Positions 53,833-61,696 of a stretch of 64,000 bases of DNA are shown in pieces. Position 1 is the stretch's first letter; every line of letters begins with the position of its first letter. The translations under genes and the position numbers were made by a program. A model generated the notes under the pieces. It was not told the origin of the DNA and made no database searches. It saw only the letters and a list, made by a program, of their open reading frames with translations. Source of the stretch: Xylophilus ampelinus (GTDB lineage: Bacteria; Pseudomonadota; Gammaproteobacteria; Burkholderiales; Burkholderiaceae_C); NCBI GenBank assembly GCA_036946225.1, contig JAQIJO010000002.1, positions 377,386 to 441,385 on the forward strand. The letters run 5' to 3'.

Positions 53833-54834
53833 ATGGCATTCGGACAACATTTCTTCTTTCGCACTGCTTGTGCTCTGACCACTGGCGCAGTGCTCTCATC
53901 AAGCGCATTCGCCCAGGCTGCGAGTAGCGACTACCCGTCCAAGCCCATCACGTTCGTCGTACCCTACGCGGCAGGCGGTAGCTCCGATACGCGCTCACGG
54001 CAGATCGGAAACAAGCTGGCGATCGCCTTCGGCCAGCCAGTGATCGTCGAGAACCGCCTCGGCGCCGGTGGGAACATCGGCACCGACTACATCGCCAAGG
54101 CCAAGCCTGACGGCTACGTCATCGGGCTGGGCAATTTCGCGCCCCTAGCGGTCAACAAGGCGCTCTTCCCGAAGCTGAGCTACGACCCGGCTACGGACCT
54201 GGTCCCCGTCGTCATGATTGAGAAGGGACCGCTGGTGTTGTCCGTGGGCCGCAACTCGCCCTACAAGACAGTCCAGGATGTGGTCGCCGCCGCCAAAGCG
54301 AAGCCCGATACCGTGACCTTCGCCTCGGGCGGTCTGGGCGGATCCCATCACTTGGCCGGCGAACTGTTCGAAGAGCGGGCCGGCATCAAGATGACCCATG
54401 TCCCCTACAAGGGCGGTGCGCCCGCGGGCAACGACCTGATCGCCGGCAACGTGGACGTGATGTTCGAATGGATCTTCGCGGTCATGCCCTACGTGGGCGG
54501 CTCAGCCCCCAAGATGCGTCCCCTGGCCATCACCAGCCCGCAGCGTTCGCCGCTGCTCAAGGACGTGCCGACCTTCGACGAGCTCGGGATCAAGGGCATG
54601 GAGATCTCCAACTGGTTCGGGGTGGTCGCACCCAAGGGCACTCCACCACAAATCGTTGCAAAGCTCAACGCTGCCATCAACGAAGCCTTGAAGGATCCGG
54701 AAATCGTCAAGGCGATTACTTCGCTCGGCGACGAGGTGGTCGGCGGCACGCCCGAACAGTTCGGCGCCTTCATCAAGTCGGAGTCCGCGCGGTGGTCGCA
54801 GCTCGTCAAGAGCCACAACATCAAGCCCGAGTGA
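53833..54834 (+). CDS. Bug-family (TctC-like) substrate-binding protein
   Basis: MAFGQHFFFRTACALTTGAVLSSSAFAQAASSDYPSKPITFVVPYAAGGSSDTRSRQI. Motifs: TFASGGLGGSHHLAGELF and THVPYKGGAP. Confidence 0.9.
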   Translation: MAFGQHFFFRTACALTTGAVLSSSAFAQAASSDYPSKPITFVVPYAAGGSSDTRSRQIGNKLAIAFGQPVIVENRLGAGGNIGTDYIAKAKPDGYVIGLGNFAPLAVNKALFPKLSYDPATDLVPVVMIEKGPLVLSVGRNSPYKTVQDVVAAAKAKPDTVTFASGGLGGSHHLAGELFEERAGIKMTHVPYKGGAPAGNDLIAGNVDVMFEWIFAVMPYVGGSAPKMRPLAITSPQRSPLLKDVPTFDELGIKGMEISNWFGVVAPKGTPPQIVAKLNAAINEALKDPEIVKAITSLGDEVVGGTPEQFGAFIKSESARWSQLVKSHNIKPE

Positions 54835-54858
54835 ACGAACTTTCGGACGCAGACCATC

Positions 54859-55839
54859 ATGATCAGCAGCAATCTCACGCGCCGCGCACTCTTCGTTCTG
54901 ACGGCTGCGCTCGCAGGCTCTGTCGCCAACGCACAGCAACCAGCGTATCCCACCAAGCCAGTGCGCTTGATCGTCCCGTTCGCAGCGGGTGGACCCAACG
55001 ACGTGATGGCGCGGGTGCTCGCGAAGCGGCTCACCACCGACACCGGCCAATCCTTCGTCGTCGACAACAAGCCAGGGGCCGGAGGCATCATCGGAACCGA
55101 AGCAGTGGCCAAAGCTGCGCCTGATGGCCACACACTCGGCTTCATCAGCGCACCGTTCACCATGACGCCTGCATTGCAAGCCAAGATGCCGTTCGATACC
55201 GACAGGGATCTGGTGCCGATCGCCAAGGTCGCGGAATCACCGATGGTCGTGATGGTCCCCTCGACATCCCGTTTCAAAACCGCCAAGGATCTGCTCGACT
55301 TCGCGCGCAAGAATCCCGAGAAAGTCACTTACGGATCGGGCGGGGTGGGCAGCACGCCGCACCTCACGACAGAACTGTTGGGATCCGTGGTCGGTGCGAA
55401 GTTCCTCCACGTCCCTTACAAGGGAGGCGGCGAATCGATCAAGGCGCTGATGGGCGGGGAGATCGACCTCCTCATCGACAGCATCACCAGCACGGGCGCG
55501 GCCTTCGCGTCCGGCCGTATCCGCGGGCTGGCGATCGGCCAGTCTAAGCGTGCTCCCCAGCTGCCCGAGGTGCCGACTTTCGACGAAGCCGGGCTCCAGA
55601 ATTTCAAGGTGGAGCACTGGGTTGGCATCGTCGCGACCGGCAAGACGCCACAGCCGATCCTCGACGCCCTGCATGCGCAAGTGGAGAAGGCGCTCCGGAG
55701 CCAGGAAGTCAATCAGAAGTTCGAAGAGCTCGGGGCGCACACCGTCTCCGATACCCCGGCTCAGTTCAAGAAATTCATCGGCGATGAACTCACCAAATGG
55801 CGACAGTTGGTCAAGAGCGCAAAGATCCAGCCTCAATGA
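54859..55839 (+). CDS. Bug-family (TctC-like) substrate-binding protein
   Basis: MISSNLTRRALFVLTAALAGSVANAQQPAYPTKPVRLIVPFAAGGPNDVMARVL. Motifs: TYGSGGVGSTPHLTTELL and LHVPYKGGGE. Confidence 0.9.
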   Translation: MISSNLTRRALFVLTAALAGSVANAQQPAYPTKPVRLIVPFAAGGPNDVMARVLAKRLTTDTGQSFVVDNKPGAGGIIGTEAVAKAAPDGHTLGFISAPFTMTPALQAKMPFDTDRDLVPIAKVAESPMVVMVPSTSRFKTAKDLLDFARKNPEKVTYGSGGVGSTPHLTTELLGSVVGAKFLHVPYKGGGESIKALMGGEIDLLIDSITSTGAAFASGRIRGLAIGQSKRAPQLPEVPTFDEAGLQNFKVEHWVGIVATGKTPQPILDALHAQVEKALRSQEVNQKFEELGAHTVSDTPAQFKKFIGDELTKWRQLVKSAKIQPQ

Positions 55840-56729
55840 GCGCGACATCGATAGCGTCTCGCAGTTGCGACGCCCATGTGCATGTCTTCGATCCTGCACG
55901 ATTTCCGTATGCGTCGCCGAGACGCTTCACTCCCGGACGTGCGGATGTCGCTGAACTGCTAGCCCATCTCCGCAGTATCGATGCCGGTCGGGTGGTGCTG
56001 GTGCAGCCGAGCGTCTACGGTCATGACCACCGATGCTTGGTCGATGCCTTGACCCAACTGCAAGGAATGGCGCGCGGCATCGCGGTCATCGGCCCGCAAA
56101 CCAGCGACGAGGAAATCGCTCTGCTGAATACCGTCGGCGTTCGTGGCGCACGGCTCAACTTGGTCGTCGACGGCATCGCGGACCTGGACTTCGCTCGAGA
56201 GGCGATTGCTCGCTTATCGGATCGGATCCCGGTCGAGTGGCATATCCAGTTGCATGTGGGCCTCGATCTAGTACGAGGGATTGCCGATGAGCTGATGGCG
56301 AACACTCGTCACTTCGTGCTGGATCATTTCGGACTTCCCAAAGACGATCGTCGCGACGCTGCTGCGGAACTGCGATCGTTGACCGACCTGATGCGAGCGG
56401 GGAAATTAACCGTAAAGCTTTCCGCACCGTATCTATGCATTGCTCAAAGCGAGGATCCCTCGACATTGGAGCCTCTAGTTGCGCACCTTTGCCGGATTAA
56501 TCCGCGTGCAGTAGTCTGGGGGACGAACTGGCCTCATACGCAAGGCACGGCGAGGAGCGAGTCCTCTCCGATCGACAAGATCGAGCCGTTCCGCGATGTC
56601 GACGATGCCTCGTGGCTGCAGTTGTGCCGCTCATGGCTCCACCGTCTCGCACTGCCCGCTTCAACGTTCGACGACAACTCTACCCGCCTCTATGGATTCG
56701 AACCATCCGCCGCTGGCAAGTCTGCATAA
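55836..56729 (+). CDS. amidohydrolase_2, LigI-like (paralogue of 35414..36343)
   Basis: MSATSIASRSCDAHVHVFDPARFPYASPRRFTPGRADVAELL...RVVLVQPSVYGHDHRCLV...LDHFG...WGTNWPH. ATG 55836 overlaps the upstream Bug stop (ATGA). Confidence 0.8.
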   Translation: MSATSIASRSCDAHVHVFDPARFPYASPRRFTPGRADVAELLAHLRSIDAGRVVLVQPSVYGHDHRCLVDALTQLQGMARGIAVIGPQTSDEEIALLNTVGVRGARLNLVVDGIADLDFAREAIARLSDRIPVEWHIQLHVGLDLVRGIADELMANTRHFVLDHFGLPKDDRRDAAAELRSLTDLMRAGKLTVKLSAPYLCIAQSEDPSTLEPLVAHLCRINPRAVVWGTNWPHTQGTARSESSPIDKIEPFRDVDDASWLQLCRSWLHRLALPASTFDDNSTRLYGFEPSAAGKSA

Positions 56730-56877
56730 GCCCAGCATTCCTGAATCCCACACGGGCTGCGACGTCAGTCCCCAAGAAGGCCGTTCGCTATCCGGATCTC
56801 GCCCCGGCGATCACTTCCAAGATCTGGTGACACGCGCAGCGTTCAAATTCTCATCACACCAACCCTCCAACCCCGCA

Positions 56878-57140
56878 ATGAAACGTTCACGTCAAGCAAA
56901 GATCATCGCCCCCTTGGGTCCCGCTAGCTCCGATCTGGAAGCTGTGAGATCGCTTTTCGATGCAAGTGCGGATGTGTTCCGGCTGAATTTCAGCCACGCA
57001 CTCCACGGGCAGCAAAAAGCCCGCATGTAAATCATCCGTGCGGTGGAACAAGGGCGTGGCCGGCCAATCGCAGTTCTAATCGCCCTGCAAGGCCCGAAGC
57101 TTCGGATCGGCACTTTGCAAAGCGAACTCGACATCGAACA
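56878..57140 (+). pseudogene. pyruvate kinase N-terminal remnant with an in-frame TAA
   Basis: MKRSRQAKIIAPLGPASSDLEAVRSLFDASADVFRLNFSHALHGQQKARM, then TAA (57028-57030), then IIRAVEQGRGRPIAVLIALQGPKLRIG. This matches the first ~80 aa of Pyk (KIxxTxGPAS...DVFRLNFSHG...DLQGPKxR). Similarity is lost after ~57140 and the next gene is on the opposite strand. Confidence 0.7.
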
Positions 57141-57226
57141 AGACCGAGTCCAGACATATACGGCAAAACGGTTGGGCACGGTACGACAGACTACTGGTAA
57201 AAACAGCGATCTACGTATTGGGTCAA

Positions 57227-58189
57227 TCAAAATCGCGCCTTGAGTCGGTCGTAGGCATAGGTTCCGAAGAGTCGATTCGCTGCTGGAGTGAAATACACGG
57301 GATCGGCGAACAAGTAGGAATCGTAGGCTAGGCCGGATGCTATCGTCGAGGTCGTGCATAGAGCAGAATTCACCTGACCGCTCCCAATGCCTAGGCCATC
57401 ACCAACATCCGTCGATGTACACACCACCGTTGTGCTGTCGACAAGGCTGTAGCTGGCCGGAGAATTGATCAAGAGGTTGAAGTAATAGGCCGAATCGACG
57501 TACAGGACGTTCGAGGCGAGGTCGCTGATGGCGAGCAGCAATGCCGTGTTGAATGCTGCCGCGGCAGAGGTAATGATGGATGCTTCATTCGGCAGTTTTG
57601 ACGCCCATGGCGATGAGCCGAGATAATAGGTTCCTGTCACCACCACGTATTTGGCTCCTGCGGTGACGAGTCGGCGCACCTGCGCACCCAGCTCCGTGCC
57701 AGCTTGGGTGAGCGCCGCCGAGAACTGCGAGCTATTGATGGTGCCTTGCGTATACCGCTGGTGGTTGTAGATGACATGGCTAATCCCTCCCTGCACCAGC
57801 GCAACATCAGATGCGCCGAACGCGCTGGTGGCCAGAAAGTTCGAGATTTGCTCGGTGACGGTGGGAGTGTCGGCATTCCCGGAGGCGTCTGGTTTGCCGG
57901 TGACACGGGCGTTGCCGACGGCGAATCCGCTGCCGCCGTTCGCAGAGGCACTGATCGCGACCCCATAGCTTGAGGCCAGTTGCTGGACCCACACGTTAAC
58001 GGTTCCGTCGTTGACGGTGTAGCGACTCCCCTTATTCCCCAGGTCGCTCAATCCGTCTCCGAATGCGATGAATCGGGAAGGGGTTATGGCGGATTCGACA
58101 GTGCTCGACCCGCACGCGATCAGCGCTGAAGAAACAATTGAAGCGCCTGTGGTGGCGAGGAATGCGCGGCGTGACCAGTCTGGGGCCAT
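57227..58189 (-). CDS. SGNH/GDSL-family esterase/lipase, predicted Tat-exported lipoprotein
   Basis: N-terminus MAPDWSRRAFLATTGASIVSSALIACGSS has the Tat motif SRRAFL and the lipobox LIAC. Block I is FIAFGDGLSDLGN, the GDSL motif with a catalytic Ser. Later blocks include ...GG..V... and FADPVYFTPAANRL, a degenerate version of the expected DxxH block. Confidence 0.8.
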   Translation of the reverse strand: MAPDWSRRAFLATTGASIVSSALIACGSSTVESAITPSRFIAFGDGLSDLGNKGSRYTVNDGTVNVWVQQLASSYGVAISASANGGSGFAVGNARVTGKPDASGNADTPTVTEQISNFLATSAFGASDVALVQGGISHVIYNHQRYTQGTINSSQFSAALTQAGTELGAQVRRLVTAGAKYVVVTGTYYLGSSPWASKLPNEASIITSAAAAFNTALLLAISDLASNVLYVDSAYYFNLLINSPASYSLVDSTTVVCTSTDVGDGLGIGSGQVNSALCTTSTIASGLAYDSYLFADPVYFTPAANRLFGTYAYDRLKARF

Positions 58190-58366
58190 GAGATCTATCC
58201 GGGGATTGAGGGTTATAGAGAGGGGCGCTCGACTCAGCTGGATTCAAATGCGGCCTGAATCGGGCAGATCAGTGGACGATGTTTCAGTTTCTAGGCCGAC
58301 CGAATGCATTGTGACCTGTCGAAAAATCGGCAGAATTGCCTGGAATGAGGCGCTCGCGATGCGCGC

Positions 58367-60361
58367 TCAACGAAAACTACCCAAAAAGCGTTCTGATTCC
58401 ATAGCAGGCAATAACGCGGAAGGAGTAGATTCGGCCGGATCTGCGTAGCTTCTCGTCATTGCGCGCTGCTTAGCACCGATGAATTCGTAACGGTCGATCG
58501 ACACGTTTTGGGTATCGGAGCGGTCTGCCATGACCACCGGCCGCAAAAACACCAGGAGATTGGTCTTCTTGTGCGTCCGTGATAGGCTACGGAATACCGC
58601 TCCCACGGCTGGTAGCTTGGATAGGTATGGCAAATTGTTGAATTCATGACGGTACTGGTCCTCGATCAAACCGCCCAGTACGATGATCTTTCCGTCATTC
58701 ACCACGATAGAGGAATCGATCGAACGCTGGTTCGTCGTGGGCCCCAGGGTGGTGTCCGTCGAGGCTACGGACGAGGATTCCTGGTAGATCGTCATTCGGA
58801 TGTTGCCGTCCTGGCCGATCTGAGGTCGAATCCGGAGCGTGATGCCGACATCCTTCCGTTCGACGGTGGTGAACGGATTGGTGCTGGCGGTGGTGGTGTA
58901 GGAGCCAGTGACGAACGGCACGTTCTGCCCCACCACGATCTTCGCTTCCTCGTTGTCGAGGGTGACGACATTCGCTACGGACAGTATGTTGGTGCCGGCC
59001 AGTGTCTCCAGCGCCTTCGCCACGGCACCCAATGTGAGATTGGTGGAAGTAGTGATGCTTGGCAAAGTCGCCCACTGCAGCCCGAGATCCACGCTCTTGC
59101 TCGCATCGACTTCGACCACCAAAGACTCGACGTAGAGCTGCGCACGCCGGATGTCGAGTTGGTCGATCACCGCGCGCATTTCCCGAAACCTCGATTCGGG
59201 GGCCGTGATGATGAGGGAGTTGCTGGAGGGATCGGCTTGGATCCCACCACCCAAAGTGGGCTGGGCGGCTGGCACCACGGTAGTTGCAGACAGCCCCATC
59301 GATCTTCCGATTTCCGCGGAGAGAGTGTTGCCCACGTAACTGGTACTAGATCTTTCTTGGGAATTTGAAGCCAAACCAGTCGAAGACATCGTGGAGACAT
59401 TCGTCGTTGTCTGCGACGGAAAAGCAGAACGCAGGATCTGCGCGATTCGGACAGCTTCAATGTTCTTCAGATAAACAACTCGGACGTTGATGTTGTCGTG
59501 CGACTTGTCAAGCTGCCGTGCGAGTTCTCTGACGCTTGCGAGCTGCAGTGCATTGGATGCACGCACGAGGAGGCTGTTGGATTGGATGTCCGGGATGATG
59601 ACCAAGCTCGATGCTTCCGGAGAGGCGCCCTCTCCGACTGCACCGGCATTTTTTACGTTGGGCAATTGCGCGGATTCCACCTGGGTCGATGCGGAACCCA
59701 AAGCCCGCCTGATCATCACAGCCACTTCTTGGGCGACTGAATATTTGAGATCAATGGTTTCCACGCCGGTCGACCCGGGGACATCCAGTGCTGCGACGAT
59801 CGTGCGCATTCTTCGAATATTTTCCGCGTAGTCGGTGATGACCAACGAGTTGCTTCCTTGGTTCGCCGTGATGGAGTTATTCGCAGTGATCAGCGGACGA
59901 AGCACACCCACCATGCTCAATGCATTTTGATAATCCAACCGGAATATCTCGGTGGTTATTACCCCACCCTGCAATCTATCAATGCCTGCCACATTTGTCG
60001 ATTGCCACTTTCCTTCAGCTTCCGGAACGATCTTGACCAAATCGCCTGACTCCAGCGCAACGTAATTGAGGGTTCTGATCGCCGCGACGAAATGCTCCCA
60101 TGCGACGCGCGGAGTGACTGGACTATCGGTGCTGAAAGTCATGACCCCTTTCACTCTGGGGTCCAATACGATGTTGCGATGCGTAATAAGAGCGAGGGCG
60201 CGTGCAACGCCATCGATACCGGCATTGTTGAAGTCGAGCGTCACCAGATCCTGCTTCGAACCTTTAGCGATTTGCCTCGAAGCGCTTGCTGGAGTCGGGA
60301 CAAGGCACGAAGTTGCCGCCAATAAAGAGAGCGCCAAGCAAATTTTAGATGAATACCGCAT
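58367..60361 (-). CDS. gspD: GspD-type secretin (type II secretion / related outer-membrane channel), no partner gsp genes in the window
   Basis: Signal MRYSSKICLALSLLAATSCLVPTPASA. The N0 domain reads VTLDFNNAGIDGVARALALITHRNIVLDPRVKGVMTF. N1-N3-like repeats follow. The secretin domain reads VVTLDNEEAKIVVGQNVPFVTGSY...ERKDVGITLRIRPQI...NQRSIDSSIVVNDGKIIVLGGLI......NLPYLSKLPAVGAVFRS......KTNLLVFLRP. An alternative upstream ATG lies at 60412. Confidence 0.85.
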   Translation of the reverse strand: MRYSSKICLALSLLAATSCLVPTPASASRQIAKGSKQDLVTLDFNNAGIDGVARALALITHRNIVLDPRVKGVMTFSTDSPVTPRVAWEHFVAAIRTLNYVALESGDLVKIVPEAEGKWQSTNVAGIDRLQGGVITTEIFRLDYQNALSMVGVLRPLITANNSITANQGSNSLVITDYAENIRRMRTIVAALDVPGSTGVETIDLKYSVAQEVAVMIRRALGSASTQVESAQLPNVKNAGAVGEGASPEASSLVIIPDIQSNSLLVRASNALQLASVRELARQLDKSHDNINVRVVYLKNIEAVRIAQILRSAFPSQTTTNVSTMSSTGLASNSQERSSTSYVGNTLSAEIGRSMGLSATTVVPAAQPTLGGGIQADPSSNSLIITAPESRFREMRAVIDQLDIRRAQLYVESLVVEVDASKSVDLGLQWATLPSITTSTNLTLGAVAKALETLAGTNILSVANVVTLDNEEAKIVVGQNVPFVTGSYTTTASTNPFTTVERKDVGITLRIRPQIGQDGNIRMTIYQESSSVASTDTTLGPTTNQRSIDSSIVVNDGKIIVLGGLIEDQYRHEFNNLPYLSKLPAVGAVFRSLSRTHKKTNLLVFLRPVVMADRSDTQNVSIDRYEFIGAKQRAMTRSYADPAESTPSALLPAMESERFLGSFR

Positions 60362-60629
60362 GACTGGTTTTTTTGCTATTAAAGCAGCTCGTACACATTC
60401 GCGCGAGATCATTCATTGGAAGATAAGCTGCCGCGTCGACTCACCAAGAATACCTGGGTATTCCCCATCAACACCTCCGCATGAGGCTTTCTCTTTATCC
60501 GTGTAGGATTCTCGGGACGCAGGATGAGTCGATAGGACACACAAAATCGCATGGTCATGTATGTTCCGTCCTGATGCGAGGTCGAGAGCGAAAGCTCGCG
60601 AAGCCGGACACGTCGTAAATGCTGGATTT

Positions 60630-61586
60630 TCAAATTGCCAGACCGACAACTATGGTGCCGTTGTAGCCGTTTATGGCGTCGCCGGACAGGACGGGCGTTT
60701 GGGCGGCGATTTGAGCGGCTGTGTTGTCGCCGAAAACGTTGTCGCTTGCCAAAGTGACCCGAGCCAAGTTGGCACTGCTACCTGCATAGAGCGAGCTGTT
60801 CGCGTTGTAGACAGCCACGCACGCGTCGCGAGGCATGCACATTTGCGAAGTCAGAAGCGAGTTCGAACCTTGCGTCGCGGTGTTGGCGCTTCGATAGATC
60901 TCGAAATGGATATGCGGATAACGCCCATCGTAGGCTGCCGGAAAATTCGTCGAGAACGTCACCTGGCCTGCCGCATCCGTCACCTGCACACCGCGCAAGT
61001 AGTTTTCCAACGGAAGGTCGTACAGGGAATACTTTCCTGTAGCGTTGCAATGCCAGAGATAGATTGCGTATCCGGACAATGCCGCGCAGGATGCATTCGT
61101 GTCGACCAGGGTTATTGCCAACTTCAATGGCACCCCAACGGCCGTCGTGGTGGAGATTCCGAAACTTTTCCGGATGTCGCTGCGCACGATCCCGCTGGCC
61201 ACCAATACGTTGGCGACGCTGCCGTGTGCACTGTTCGTGCCGTCGGCCGGATAGGGGCCCGCCGTTTCTCGTGGATCGGCGATGCAGCCGGTGCTCGACG
61301 AATTCGAAGTCGCGGTTGACGAAGTCGCTGCGCTGGTCGCCGTCGACGATGCCGAGCTGCCAGACGATGTCGTGCTGGATGTGGTGGATGTCGTGGCAGT
61401 CTCGCTCCCCCCTCCGCCGCACCCGGGCAACAGGACAGCGCCGCCGATGCCGGCGAGCAAACTGAGCACGCGACGGCGTTCGAGTGACTGCCACACCATC
61501 TGCTCAGCCAACGCGGACAAGTCGCGCTGCAACCCGTGGTCGTGTTCGTGCATCCGTGTGAAGGAGTGCCGTGATGAAGTCTGCAT
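60630..61586 (-). CDS. intradiol-dioxygenase-fold (protocatechuate-dioxygenase-like beta-sandwich) protein, predicted Tat lipoprotein with a Ser/Thr-rich linker
   Basis: ERRRVLSLLAGIGGAVLLPGCGG carries an RR motif and a lipobox. A 45-aa S/T-rich linker follows (SETATTSTTSSTTSSGSSASSTATSAATSSTATSNSSSTG, nt 61284-61418). The domain then reads PRETAGPYPADG...VPLKLAITLVD......GYAIYLWHCNATGKYS...GVQVTDAAGQVTFSTNFPAAYDGRYPHIHFEI. The start may be 61586 or 61499. Confidence 0.7.
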   Translation of the reverse strand: MQTSSRHSFTRMHEHDHGLQRDLSALAEQMVWQSLERRRVLSLLAGIGGAVLLPGCGGGGSETATTSTTSSTTSSGSSASSTATSAATSSTATSNSSSTGCIADPRETAGPYPADGTNSAHGSVANVLVASGIVRSDIRKSFGISTTTAVGVPLKLAITLVDTNASCAALSGYAIYLWHCNATGKYSLYDLPLENYLRGVQVTDAAGQVTFSTNFPAAYDGRYPHIHFEIYRSANTATQGSNSLLTSQMCMPRDACVAVYNANSSLYAGSSANLARVTLASDNVFGDNTAAQIAAQTPVLSGDAINGYNGTIVVGLAI

Positions 61587-61696
61587 GATGAATTCGTGAG
61601 GTGGGGTGTGCGTTTGACTGGATGCCCGCAAAGAGCGGTCAATGGGATGAATCGGTCAGAGCGGGCATCAAGGCATCTCAAAGGCGCAGGGCGCGG

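Noticed and set aside
60409-60649. Small ORFs (74 and 78 aa) in the secretin/dioxygenase intergenic region
   Set aside because: They have no RBS, no motif and an odd composition, and they overlap each other in different frames. The region is more likely the promoter/leader of the secretin gene.
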